Shown here one piece after another: positions 38,211 through 47,777 of a stretch of 49,113 nucleotides of DNA. The stretch lies in contig JBEKHC010000032.1 in assembly GCA_050012475.1 (NCBI GenBank), positions 1-49,113 on the forward strand. The letters run 5' to 3'. The position numbers and the translations under genes were made by a program. Numbering within the stretch: the first letter of the stretch is position 1; each line of letters begins with the position of its first letter. Source of the stretch: Candidatus Velthaea sp. Lineage in GTDB: Bacteria > Vulcanimicrobiota > Vulcanimicrobiia > Vulcanimicrobiales > Vulcanimicrobiaceae. The notes under the pieces are model-generated. The model did not search any database. It worked only from the letters and a program-made list of their open reading frames with translations, and had not been told where the DNA came from.

Positions 38211-39479
38211 TTAGTCCCAAGCGCGCCGAAATGTTGCGTACATGTAGGGATACTCGCGCCGGTACCAATTGCGGAAGCTGCGCCGCACGAGATTGCGCGA
38301 GGTAACCGGCGAGGCGCCTTTCATCACGTAATGTTCGCCATCGAAAAAATCGGCCGAATATGGCGGATACGTCGCCATCGGCTGGAAGCCGGCGAACGGG
38401 GCAAACGGGGTCGACGTCCACTCCCAGCCGTTGCCGACGAGATCGTGGATGCCCCACGCGCTCACCCCGCGCGGGTACGAACCGACCGGTTCGGGGTCGA
38501 ATCGTTTGAAATCGAAATTGCCGCGTGACGGGTCGGCCCCGTCGCCGCCCCAGGGCTGATGCCGCTCGTCGCCCGCGGGCGTACCGTAGGCGGCGCGGTG
38601 AAATTCGGCCTCGGTGAGTAACCGCGCGCCCGACCAGCGCGCAAACGCCGCGGCTTGCGCGTTCGTGCAATACACTGGCCAGGAATGCGGCAGCGCAATC
38701 GTGCCGGCGAACGCGCGCAGCCCCCATTCGCCGTCGCGTTCGACCCAAAACGGCGGAACCGGTCCGCCGGCGCGCACGAAGGCGAGATACTCGCCGTTGG
38801 TGACGTCGAACGCATCGCAGCCGAACGACGCCACGGCGACGGTGTGCTCAGGCAACTCGTTGTCCCAGGCGAAGCGGACCGCGTCGGCGCGAACGCCGAG
38901 CGTCGCGCTGCCCGCCGGGATGGCGATCGGATCGCGTTGCGCCGGGGGCATATCGCGATACTCGGCTGGAGCGAGCCGTTTGCGGTCGTCCGGGAGACGA
39001 TGCACGATATAGAGCAGGGTCTCGTGGTGCATCTCTTCGTGTTCGAGGATCGTGAAAGCGGCTTGCGCGCGCTCGAGTTGCGGGTCCGCCGGATCGTCGA
39101 GGCGGGCACCGGCATAGGCCGCCAGGACGCGCGCATCGCACGCGCCGGCGAAGGCCTGGACCTCGGCTCGGGTTGGCCAGTCCGAGCGCTGATGGCTGCG
39201 GGCGCTCTCGAGTGAATCCGGGTCGATCCCGCGATTGAAGAGGTCTTCGAGCCGGCGGTCGATCGAGGGTTCGCCCAGCGCATTGCGGATCAGCGTAATG
39301 AACGAAAACGCCGGAAAATGCCCGTCGTAGAAGACGAACGGGTGGCGCAGCGGGATCGGAGCTTGGAAATAGACATCCGGATCGATGATCCGGAACAGCG
39401 CCGCTGACCGCGCCCGATTTGCTTGGTACCACGCCGACAGAGCGGCACGGTCGAGAGCGAGAGGTGAAAGAGTTTCCAC
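38211..39479 (-). CDS. EgtB/OvoA-like non-heme iron sulfoxide synthase (DinB + FGE domains)
   Basis: LRHPFVFYDGH, HEEMHHE (HxxxHxE), LLTEAEF, GNGWEWT, FRNWY. Confidence 0.85.
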   Translation of the reverse strand: METLSPLALDRAALSAWYQANRARSAALFRIIDPDVYFQAPIPLRHPFVFYDGHFPAFSFITLIRNALGEPSIDRRLEDLFNRGIDPDSLESARSHQRSDWPTRAEVQAFAGACDARVLAAYAGARLDDPADPQLERAQAAFTILEHEEMHHETLLYIVHRLPDDRKRLAPAEYRDMPPAQRDPIAIPAGSATLGVRADAVRFAWDNELPEHTVAVASFGCDAFDVTNGEYLAFVRAGGPVPPFWVERDGEWGLRAFAGTIALPHSWPVYCTNAQAAAFARWSGARLLTEAEFHRAAYGTPAGDERHQPWGGDGADPSRGNFDFKRFDPEPVGSYPRGVSAWGIHDLVGNGWEWTSTPFAPFAGFQPMATYPPYSADFFDGEHYVMKGASPVTSRNLVRRSFRNWYRREYPYMYATFRRAWD

Positions 39480-39550
39480 GCCGCTCTCTTTCCCCGTCGA
39501 GTCCGCCGTCCTACCCTCGAGCGGGCCGGACGCTCACGAACGAGAGGGGC

Positions 39551-39865
39551 TTAGCTGACCCCGTCCCACATCGACGCCAGGCGCATCACGAGCGCCTCGT
39601 CGCGCGGTTGCAGTCCGTTGCCGTGGCAGATGCGGCACGATTGATCGCCGCACGCATCGCAGATGCCCGAACCGCCGCAGTGCCGGCACAGATCCTCAGG
39701 TGTTCTCCGGCGGCGGCGCTTGCGGGGCAGGGCCCAACGTGCGGCAGCCTGTCGCCGGCGTTCCACATAGGCAGCATCGGCGTCGCGCATCACAACGTAA
39801 AAGCCGAGGACTGAAATGCAGGCCAGCGCACCAACCATGAAGTCGGCGAACGAGCGATCTTTCAT
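39551..39865 (-). CDS. Small membrane-anchored protein with DnaJ-type zinc finger
   Basis: N-terminal TM helix, basic linker, CRHCGGSG-ICDAC-GDQS-CRICHGNG. Confidence 0.7.
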   Translation of the reverse strand: MKDRSFADFMVGALACISVLGFYVVMRDADAAYVERRRQAAARWALPRKRRRRRTPEDLCRHCGGSGICDACGDQSCRICHGNGLQPRDEALVMRLASMWDGVS

Positions 39866-39998
39866 TGATGAAGTATCGGACCATTCTCTGGGAAGTTAAG
39901 CGCGAACGTAAACCTTCTATTGTTGGATTGTATTGGCGCGATATCTTTTAAAGCGCGTCAGTCGCAAGCGCGCCCGTCGCCGCGAGCGAGTTAGCGAG

Positions 39999-40751
39999 TT
40001 AGCGAGGGTGGCCGTTGTCGCGCACGATTCGCGCTTTTCGCTCGGCGGCCAACGCGGCTTCGACGATGGGGAGCGCCAGCGCCGCGATCCGCGCGTGGCC
40101 TTCGTCAGACGGATGGAAACGGTCCTGCGAGAGAAAGCCCGGCATATCGCGCGCGATCCGGGTGAGCGAAAACAGGTCGACGTAACGCCCACCAGCGGCG
40201 ACGGCGGTTTCGCGTGCGGCGCGGTCGTCGGCTTGCGAGAGCCGCCGGACTTCGGCGGCATGGTCGGCGAACAGCGGACTGATCGAGACGTCGGGTACGC
40301 CGACGGCGACGAGCGCGGCGGTCGGCGCGGCTGCGCGCACGGCGGCCACGAGCCGGCGGTAATTGCGCGCGAACGCCGTGCTGGGAATTTCGCGCACGAC
40401 GTCGTTACCGCCGACGCAGAGGATAACGACGTCGAACCGGTGACCCTTCAATCGCGCGACCTGCAGTCGCAGCACGTCGGCGGCGGTGCTGCCGCCGATC
40501 GCGACATTGGTGATTTCGCTGCCCGGCCGCGTCGCGTCGATTGCCCGGTACAGCCGGAACGCGAAACCGCCCGACGTGTCGCCGGCTCCCGAACCGAAGG
40601 CGAGACTATCGCCCAGCACGGCAAGCTGCACCGGCGGTGCCGAAGGCGTCGCTGCCCGCGCGTCCGGGTGTGAATCGGCGCAGCCCGTGACGCCGGGGCC
40701 GGCGAAGATCGCCGCTGCCGCCAGAGCCATTGCGGCGAGCCGGTTACGCAA
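39999..40751 (-). CDS. SGNH/GDSL hydrolase, probable lipoprotein
   Basis: Lipobox-like VTGC; blocks GDSL, GGND, DRFHP. Confidence 0.9.
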   Translation of the reverse strand: MRNRLAAMALAAAAIFAGPGVTGCADSHPDARAATPSAPPVQLAVLGDSLAFGSGAGDTSGGFAFRLYRAIDATRPGSEITNVAIGGSTAADVLRLQVARLKGHRFDVVILCVGGNDVVREIPSTAFARNYRRLVAAVRAAAPTAALVAVGVPDVSISPLFADHAAEVRRLSQADDRAARETAVAAGGRYVDLFSLTRIARDMPGFLSQDRFHPSDEGHARIAALALPIVEAALAAERKARIVRDNGHPR

Positions 40752-41424
40752 TGAGGACACCGTCGGCGATGCGCACGATGCGCTGCGCGCGCCCGTAGAC
40801 CGCCTCACTGTGCGTGACGATCACGAGCGTGTGCCCGTCGGCGCGCGCGATGCGTTCGAGCAAGTCGAGGACGGTTTCACTGGTGCGCCGATCGAGTTCG
40901 CCGGTCGGCTCGTCGGCAAGCACGAGTGCCGGCTCGTTCACGAGGGCGCGGGCGATCGCAACGCGCTGTTGCTGGCCGCCCGAGAGCTGAGCCGGCTTGT
41001 GCCGCATGCGATCGGCCAAGCCGACGTCGGCGAGCAGGCGCTGGGCGCGTTCGCGCGCGCGGCCCGGGGCAACGCCGGCATAGCGTGCCGGGAGCATGAC
41101 GTTCTCGAGCGCATCCAGCGACGCGATGAGGTTGAAGCCTTGAAAGACGAACCCGATGCGCCGCGCGCGCAACAGCTTGAGTTCGCGCCGGCTGGCGTTG
41201 CCGATATCGACGCCGTCGACCCGGACGCTGCCGCTCGTCGGCCGGTCCAGACCGCCCAAGAGATGCATGAGCGTCGTCTTGCCGCTGCCGCTCTCACCCA
41301 CGATTGCAACGTGCGCGCCGTACTCGATGTCGAGTGAAATGCCCGCAATCGCCCGCACCTGGGTCGCGCTGCCGGCGGCGTGAACTTTGACCAAGTCGCG
41401 AATGGCGACGACGTTGTCGCTCAG
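40744..41424 (-). CDS. ABC ATP-binding protein (LolD/MacB-like); start CTG 41424 or TTG 41394
   Basis: [34 protein letters not shown]. Confidence 0.93.
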   Translation of the reverse strand: MSDNVVAIRDLVKVHAAGSATQVRAIAGISLDIEYGAHVAIVGESGSGKTTLMHLLGGLDRPTSGSVRVDGVDIGNASRRELKLLRARRIGFVFQGFNLIASLDALENVMLPARYAGVAPGRARERAQRLLADVGLADRMRHKPAQLSGGQQQRVAIARALVNEPALVLADEPTGELDRRTSETVLDLLERIARADGHTLVIVTHSEAVYGRAQRIVRIADGVLIA

Positions 41425-43505
41425 CGCATCGTCGTCTGCGGAGTGATGCCGAGTTCGGCATAAAACGCTGTCGGGCTCATCGGGCGGCCGAGGAACGCGG
41501 CAACTTCGGCATCGGGTTCATACGTGCGCGCGGGGGCGAGGACCGCGTTGCGATAGCGCCGGCCGACCACCGCGCTTTCGAGTCCGCCGGCTTTGAACGC
41601 GCTAAAGAGATCTTGGGCGTAGACCTTGGACCACAAATACCCGTAATAGCCGGCATCGTAGCCGCCCATGAGGTGGCCGAAACTGGCTTGCGGATGCGTG
41701 CCGTCCACAAACGGGTTGGGTGTCAGCGTGTCGATCGCGTTTTTCCAAACCCGCGTCGTGTCGACGTGTGCTCCGGACGAATGGAACGTCATGTCGGCCG
41801 TCGCGTAGGCGATCTGCTGCGTGGTGAACAGCGAGTAGTCCAGATAGCGCGCTGCGATCATTTGCCGGATGAGCGGGTCCGGCAGCGGGGCGCCGGTCGT
41901 CACGTTCGAGGAGATCAGCTTGAGAATTCCCGGATCCCAGGCCCAATTCTCGAGCATCTGCGAGGGTGCCTCGACGAAATCGGAGCGAAAACCCGAGGTC
42001 AACGTGGCGTACGATCCGTCGGCCAGCATCGCCGCCATGTTGTGGCCGAATTCATGAAAGAAAATCTCGACCTCGTTGTGCGAAAGCAGCGCGGGGCGGC
42101 CCGGAGCCGGGCGCTGCCAGTTGCCGACGATGGCCGAGAACGGCGCGCGCACCGTACCGTCGGGCAGCACCCGGCGAGCGATGATCCCGAAGTGGGCGAA
42201 GTGATCGTACTTCCCGGGGCGCGGATACAGATCGAGATAGAACGTCCCCAGCAGACCGCCCGTCGCGGCGTCGTGCACGGCGTACGCCTTGACTTCCGGG
42301 TTGTAGACGGCGGCTTGCGCAAGCGGCGCGAACGAGACGCTGAAGAGTTTCGCGTAGATGCCGAAAATTGCGTCGACCGTATGTTGGGACGGGAAATACT
42401 GCTTGATGGCGTCTTCATCGACGTTGTAGTTCCGTTGGCGAAGTTTGGCTTCGTAGAACAGCGTGTCCCAGCTCTCGAACGGCAGCGTCCCCTTGAGTGC
42501 GGCGAGTTGCGCGCGCTCGACGCGCGCCTTGGGCAAAATCTGCGTGTCGAGGTTGGCCAGGAACGTTTGGACACGCTGCGGCGTGCCGGCCATCTTGTCG
42601 GCGAGCTGGTACGCTGCCCACGACGGGTAACCCAAAAGATGCGCGAGCCGGTCGCGGATCGCGACGGCTTGCTCGAGCAGCGCGACGTTCTTGCTCGCGG
42701 CGCGATTGACGAACGCGCGATAGAATATCTCGCGAGCGCGCTCGTCGCCGGCGTTCTGCAAGAACGTTTCGTAGCTGCTTTCGTTGACCGGGACGACGTA
42801 GCCGCCGGCGCTGCGCTTGAGCCCGGCAAGAAAATCCGCCGGCAAGCCTGCGGCTTGGGCCGTCGAGACCGTCATCGACGATGCGTCGTCGGCTAAATTG
42901 CTGCCGAATCGATTCTCGAGCTCGCTGAGCTGCGCGCTGAGCTTGACGAACTCCGTGCGCGCGGCATCGGGCAAGCCCGCTCCGGCACGGCTGCTGGCGC
43001 TCAGCCAGAGTTCGGTGAGTTTTTTCTGCGCGTCGCCGGTCGCCGTATTCGACGCTTGGGCCGCTTTGAGGGCCTCGAACACAGCCGGGCGCGCGGTTAC
43101 TTCGCTTAAAAACGCGGCCTCCTGCGAGTTGCAGGCTTGTGAGGCGTCGCGAACCGATTTCTCGGTCGAAACGGAATCCAGGAATTGTTGGGCTGCCGTT
43201 GCGTCGTTGAGATCGGCCGTGATGGTGTCCAGCGGAGAAACGACGGTATCGAAGGTGCGCGCCGAACGCATGCGGGTCAGGGCGGTGATGCGCGCGTCGG
43301 CGCGGGCGATCTCCGCTTTACAACTGGCATCGATCTGCGCGGCGCTCAAATTCCAATCGATCGCCAGGGGAACGGCCGCCGGCTGCGGTTGGGCAACCGC
43401 CGTTCCGAGCGAAGTGACGAAGACGGCGGCGAGGAGCAGGCGCGAGGCTGGTCGGAGGCAAGCGACGGCGAGCGTGCGGGGCGGCAAAGCGTGGTGAAAT
43501 TTCAA
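41421..43505 (-). CDS. M3A (thimet-like) oligopeptidase with signal peptide
   Basis: FYLDLYPRPGK, FHEFGH, DFVEAPSQMLENW, GYDAGYYGYLWS; hydrophobic N-terminal signal. Confidence 0.93.
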   Translation of the reverse strand: MKFHHALPPRTLAVACLRPASRLLLAAVFVTSLGTAVAQPQPAAVPLAIDWNLSAAQIDASCKAEIARADARITALTRMRSARTFDTVVSPLDTITADLNDATAAQQFLDSVSTEKSVRDASQACNSQEAAFLSEVTARPAVFEALKAAQASNTATGDAQKKLTELWLSASSRAGAGLPDAARTEFVKLSAQLSELENRFGSNLADDASSMTVSTAQAAGLPADFLAGLKRSAGGYVVPVNESSYETFLQNAGDERAREIFYRAFVNRAASKNVALLEQAVAIRDRLAHLLGYPSWAAYQLADKMAGTPQRVQTFLANLDTQILPKARVERAQLAALKGTLPFESWDTLFYEAKLRQRNYNVDEDAIKQYFPSQHTVDAIFGIYAKLFSVSFAPLAQAAVYNPEVKAYAVHDAATGGLLGTFYLDLYPRPGKYDHFAHFGIIARRVLPDGTVRAPFSAIVGNWQRPAPGRPALLSHNEVEIFFHEFGHNMAAMLADGSYATLTSGFRSDFVEAPSQMLENWAWDPGILKLISSNVTTGAPLPDPLIRQMIAARYLDYSLFTTQQIAYATADMTFHSSGAHVDTTRVWKNAIDTLTPNPFVDGTHPQASFGHLMGGYDAGYYGYLWSKVYAQDLFSAFKAGGLESAVVGRRYRNAVLAPARTYEPDAEVAAFLGRPMSPTAFYAELGITPQTTMR

Positions 43506-44686
43506 GCGTTTCGGCGTAAAGCCTCCGTTGGGTCGAGCCGTGCGGCCGATAGGGCCGGAACCAGTCCGGCAGCGATGCTGAGAACGATCGCAAAGGCCAA
43601 CGCTCCGCCGATCAGCCGGGGCGAAAGCGCGAACAATTCGAGACTTCCGACGGCGGCGTTGCGGGCGTTGACGAAACTGACGATCAGCGCTGCGGCAATG
43701 ATGCCGACAAAGGCGCCGAGCGCTCCGATGACCGCCGCTTCGACGACGAATTCGCGCAGGATGTCGCCGTCGCCGGCGCCGATGGCCTTACGGATTCCGA
43801 TCTCGCGCGTGCGTTCGGTAACGGCGACGGTCATCGTATTCACGATCGAGAACGCGCCGACGACGAGCGCGATGAGTGCCGCGCCGAAGATGATCGAATC
43901 GAAGATCGCGGTCACGGTCGCAAAACTTGCCGCGGCTGCTTTCGGGTCGCGGGCGTGTAACTCGGTCAGCAGATTGATGCGACGTGCGAGCAAGCCGGTG
44001 TCGGCGTGCGGATCGACGACGACCATGAGGGCCGTGGCCGGAGCGCGCGGCAGCGCGGCTGCGCTAGGCGCGACGTCTTGCAGCATCAAGGCTTGGGCTT
44101 GCGCGAACGGCACGACGATTGCCGCATCGAAAAGCGTGAACGACTTCTCGATGATGCCGACGACGTGAAATGAGTTGCCGTAAATGGCGATCGTCGAACC
44201 GAGGCCGACCGCCGCGGCGGCGGCAAAATCGGCGCCGATCACGGCCGCACGAATGTCGGTCGCGCGCAAGTCGCGGCCGCTCCCAATTTGCGGCGCTGAA
44301 CTGGCATATGCGTGGGCGGCGGGAGGAAAGCCGAAAACCAGCGCGGGCGGTCCGAACCGGGCCGGGTCGCCGTCGCCGCCGCCGACCCTGCCGTACGGGA
44401 CGATGACCTCCGCGACAACGTCGCGCACGCCGCCGAAGGTCCGGATGCGGCGCGCGGCGCGAGTGAGCCCGTCGGCGGTCTCGACGCTGCTTTCGCGGCC
44501 GAAGCCGGTGCTGACGGCGAAGATTTCGTTCGCGTTGAGCGCGTCGGAGCGGCCCACGATCGTTTGCAAGCGCTCGGCGAGCGATCCGACGACCACCAGG
44601 GCGAGAATGCCGATCGCGATGCCGCCCACGGTGAGCGAGGTGCGCAGCGCCCGACTGCGCAGATTGTAGAGGACGGCTCGTATCAT
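43502..44686 (-). CDS. MacB/FtsX-like ABC permease
   Basis: RTSLTVGGIAIG, periplasmic domain, VTERTREIGIRKAIGA, PALSAARLDPTEALR. Confidence 0.92.
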   Translation of the reverse strand: MIRAVLYNLRSRALRTSLTVGGIAIGILALVVVGSLAERLQTIVGRSDALNANEIFAVSTGFGRESSVETADGLTRAARRIRTFGGVRDVVAEVIVPYGRVGGGDGDPARFGPPALVFGFPPAAHAYASSAPQIGSGRDLRATDIRAAVIGADFAAAAAVGLGSTIAIYGNSFHVVGIIEKSFTLFDAAIVVPFAQAQALMLQDVAPSAAALPRAPATALMVVVDPHADTGLLARRINLLTELHARDPKAAAASFATVTAIFDSIIFGAALIALVVGAFSIVNTMTVAVTERTREIGIRKAIGAGDGDILREFVVEAAVIGALGAFVGIIAAALIVSFVNARNAAVGSLELFALSPRLIGGALAFAIVLSIAAGLVPALSAARLDPTEALRRNA

Positions 44687-44702
44687 GCTCGTATGTTCCC
44701 GT

Positions 44703-45818
44703 ATGATTCGATCGCTGTTTCGCTTACTGGCGGCGGTATCTTTGGCATTGTTATTGCCGGCGGTGCCGCACGCCGCAGCCGGACCCGGGCTGCAATACGA
44801 CGAGATCGTGCGGATGGTGGTCGGCGGATCCACGCCGCCGCCGCCGGGCAATTTCCAAGCCGATCTCGCGGCGCTGGCCAGTCCAGCGGCAGTCGCAGCG
44901 ACGCCCGCGCCCAAGAAACGCCGCGGCTTCGGCAATCTCGGCGCGTTAGCCGGCGACCTGTTGACGGGAAACGCCGGCGGAGCGCTCGCGGGTGCCGCGA
45001 CCGATGCGGTGGTTGGCGACGCGATGGACGCGCAGATGGACCGTATGCTCTCGTCGACGATGGGCGCATTCGCCGGTGCCATGCGCGGTTTGACCCAAGG
45101 CCGCGTCGAGCGCCATAGCTTCTATGCCGGCTGGGAACGCATCGACGACGTCGCCGCGCAAACCGCGACGATTCACAAGTGCGATTTGCATCAAGTCATC
45201 AGCTTGGATCTGGCCAAGAAAACGTACTCGATCAGCGACACCAACGTTCGTTCGTCGCAGCCCGCTGCCGCGCCGGCGCGGCCGGCCCGCGAACGCGAGG
45301 CGACGCCGGCCCCGCAACAGCCCGGAACAGCGGTTGCCGATTTCAGCAACGTCGTGACCCCGCTGGGACCGCGCAAGCTCGACGGCGTCGACACGACGGG
45401 ATACGACGACAGCTCGAAATTCTCGATCAGCCAGGCGACGGGAAGCTGCCGCAACGGGAGCTTCAGCTTTCACTCCAAGACCTATTACAGCGGGCTGGCG
45501 ACGCCGCGCCTCGTGTGCCCGATCGGCGCGCCGCCGCCGCCGCAGCGCTATCCCCAGCGGCCGGAGAATTTCGTCGCTTCGGGCGGCTGCCGGCCGACCT
45601 TTAGCGGACATAACGCGGGACCGGTTCCGCCGGCGCAAAATCTGTCGCTGTATTCGACGATCGCGATGAGCGGTTCGAGCGGCGCGGCAACGCCGGCTCC
45701 GGCGGGAAGCCCGCCGCCAGGGTTCGTCTTTCTGACCGAACGCGGCAACGTCCGCACGCTGGGCGGTGCCGACGCGAAGCTCTTCGAGATCCCGTCCGAC
45801 TTCACGCGCGTGCCCTAA
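44703..45818 (+). CDS. Secreted protein, DUF4412/LolA-like features
   Basis: Signal peptide; Gly/Ala-rich segment; ERIDD...VISLDLAKKTYS; GPRKLDGVDTTGY; C-terminal LFEIPSDF. Confidence 0.7.
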   Translation: MIRSLFRLLAAVSLALLLPAVPHAAAGPGLQYDEIVRMVVGGSTPPPPGNFQADLAALASPAAVAATPAPKKRRGFGNLGALAGDLLTGNAGGALAGAATDAVVGDAMDAQMDRMLSSTMGAFAGAMRGLTQGRVERHSFYAGWERIDDVAAQTATIHKCDLHQVISLDLAKKTYSISDTNVRSSQPAAAPARPAREREATPAPQQPGTAVADFSNVVTPLGPRKLDGVDTTGYDDSSKFSISQATGSCRNGSFSFHSKTYYSGLATPRLVCPIGAPPPPQRYPQRPENFVASGGCRPTFSGHNAGPVPPAQNLSLYSTIAMSGSSGAATPAPAGSPPPGFVFLTERGNVRTLGGADAKLFEIPSDFTRVP

Positions 45819-45889
45819 AGGACGCTTGCCCGAAAGGGCAATTCGTCGCCGTCCGGCGGGCGATTTGCAAGGTTCGCGTTAAGGCCGTG

Positions 45890-45898
45890 TGCTATCAT
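45890..45898 (+). promoter_or_regulatory. Extended -10 element for SRP RNA
   Basis: TG-C-TATCAT about 12 nt upstream of the RNA's terminal helix. Confidence 0.5.
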
Positions 45899-45910
45899 AC
45901 CCGAAGCCTC

Positions 45911-46018
45911 GACGAGGGTTGGGCTTCGCGCAACGCAACCCCGTGAACCCCGCCAGATCCGGAAGGAAGCAACGGTAAGCGGGCCCTTCCGTGTGCCGCG
46001 GACCACCTGGCTCTCGTC
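45911..46018 (+). ncRNA. ffs: Small bacterial SRP RNA (4.5S)
   Basis: Helix 8 GCCAGATCC-GGAA-GGAAGCAACGG; closing helix GACGAG/CTCGTC. Confidence 0.92.
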
Positions 46019-46074
46019 CTGGCCATTAACCGCGTGTACCGACGTGAGCCGGGCACGTTCATCGCGGGAGTTTC

Positions 46075-46566
46075 GTGCAGAACCTTAGCTCAGCCGTGCT
46101 CGTCGCTCTAGGCGGCGCGCTTGTCGTGTTTGGCGGATACCACACGCTCGTCGTTGCACCGAAGCTGCGACGACTGTCGCAGGCGCTCGATGCGCACGAT
46201 GCATTGTTGAGCGGAGGCACCGGCAAAGCCACGGATCGCATCGTAGCACTCGAAACGTCGAGCGGCGATCTTGCGCGGCGCGGCGCCGAACTCGACCGGC
46301 GACTCACTGCGCTCGAATCGTCCTTCGCGGAAAAGCTTCCGCACATCGGCTTCGTGCGTTACAACGCCTTCGACAACACCGGCTCGGATCTGTCGTACGC
46401 GCTCGCACTGTTGACGAAAAACGGTGACGGCGTCGTCATCTCGAGCATCTGGTCGCGCGAGGAAACGCGCACGTTTGGCAAAGCCGTCACCGGATTCACC
46501 TCGGCGCAAGACGCTTCAGGCGAAGAGCTTGCCGCCATCGCCAAAGCGCGCGCGTCGGCGCTGTGA
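46075..46566 (+). CDS. DUF4446 family protein
   Basis: TM helix, coiled coil, IGFVRYNAFDNTGSDLSYALALL...SIWSREETRTFGK...SGEE. Confidence 0.85.
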   Translation: MQNLSSAVLVALGGALVVFGGYHTLVVAPKLRRLSQALDAHDALLSGGTGKATDRIVALETSSGDLARRGAELDRRLTALESSFAEKLPHIGFVRYNAFDNTGSDLSYALALLTKNGDGVVISSIWSREETRTFGKAVTGFTSAQDASGEELAAIAKARASAL

Positions 46567-47501
46567 AAGAAGGCTTCGTCCTCCAGGTTCTCCGGCCGGC
46601 CGGCGCTGCGATCTGCCGCCTGCACTTCCGCCGCCGTCACTTGGTGTTGTGCGGGTTGGCCGTCGTGCTGCTGGCTGGGCTCTTCGTTCTGCACCTGTAC
46701 AAGCTCCAGCGGGCGTCGGCGACCGTCGCCCGGCTGCAGGCCGAGCGCGCTGACCAGCAGCGCAAACTCGACGACATGGAGCGCCGAACGCAAGATCTGC
46801 AGCGCGCGACGATCGACAGCGAACGGTCGATCGAACGGATCGAGCGCAGCTTGGGGACGCCGCCCGGCACCAAGACAGACCAAGCGAGCCGAATTCACGC
46901 CGCGATCGAGCAGGCCGAGGTCCAGGGCGACGCGGCAATCGTGCAGCGTATGCGAGACCTGGCGCGGACGTCCGCCCAGGCGCAGGTGCAAGCCGAGCGC
47001 CTGGCCGGTTTGGCCAAACGTGTCCTCAACCTGCGGCGGCTGGCTTCGATGGCGCGGGCGCGGACGCTGGCCGCGATTCCCTCGCTCAATCCGACGGGCG
47101 GCGGGATCAACGCGGCTTTCGGCTGGCGCACCGACCCTTTCCCCGAGTTCCACAAAGGGCTCGACCTGGCGGCCGATTACGGGACGCCGGTGCACGTCGC
47201 AGCCTCGGGGACCGTCGCGTCCGCCGGCTGGGAAGGCGGCTTCGGCAACAAAATCGATATCGACCACGGCAATGGTTATCACACCTGGTATTGCCATTTG
47301 TCGCACATCGGCGTGGCCGTCGGGCAGCATGTCGTCAAAGGGGAGCAGATCGCGGCGGCCGGCTCGACCGGCGAATCAACCGGTCCGCACCTGCATTATC
47401 AGGTGATGCACGACGGCGTCGCGATCGATCCGCTGCCCTTCCTCAACGGCGTCCCGCCGAAAATCATGGCGACACTTCCGCAAAATCCCGGCGTACAGTA
47501 G
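46563..47501 (+). CDS. M23 family metallopeptidase with coiled coil
   Basis: HKGLD, YCHL, GSTGESTGPHLHY. Confidence 0.92.
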   Translation: MKEGFVLQVLRPAGAAICRLHFRRRHLVLCGLAVVLLAGLFVLHLYKLQRASATVARLQAERADQQRKLDDMERRTQDLQRATIDSERSIERIERSLGTPPGTKTDQASRIHAAIEQAEVQGDAAIVQRMRDLARTSAQAQVQAERLAGLAKRVLNLRRLASMARARTLAAIPSLNPTGGGINAAFGWRTDPFPEFHKGLDLAADYGTPVHVAASGTVASAGWEGGFGNKIDIDHGNGYHTWYCHLSHIGVAVGQHVVKGEQIAAAGSTGESTGPHLHYQVMHDGVAIDPLPFLNGVPPKIMATLPQNPGVQ

Positions 47502-47504
47502 GGC

Positions 47505-47777
47505 ATGGATCCCTTATGTCACGTCTACGGCGCGATCTACTATATCCTCAACGCCTATCTGCTGCTGATGCTGGTGTACGCGCTGGTGTCGTGGGTGCCT
47601 AGCATCCGCGGGCGCTGGAGCGACGTAGTCGCCCGGCTGGTCGAGCCGGTGCTCGTCCCGGTCCGGCGCATCATCCCGCCTCTGGGCGGGTTCGACCTTT
47701 CGTTCCTGGTCGTTATCTTGGTCATTCAGTGGGTGAACGGCGCGATCGTCGCGCGTTATGCCTGCCCGGTTTTTTAA
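47505..47777 (+). CDS. YggT family membrane protein
   Basis: LVSWVP, VEPVLVPVRRIIPPLGGFDLS. Confidence 0.9.
   Translation: MDPLCHVYGAIYYILNAYLLLMLVYALVSWVPSIRGRWSDVVARLVEPVLVPVRRIIPPLGGFDLSFLVVILVIQWVNGAIVARYACPVF

Noticed and set aside
39986..40006. Short tandem repeat GCGAGTTA (~2.6 copies) at the SGNH stop
   Set aside because: Too short to interpret; likely a local slippage duplication
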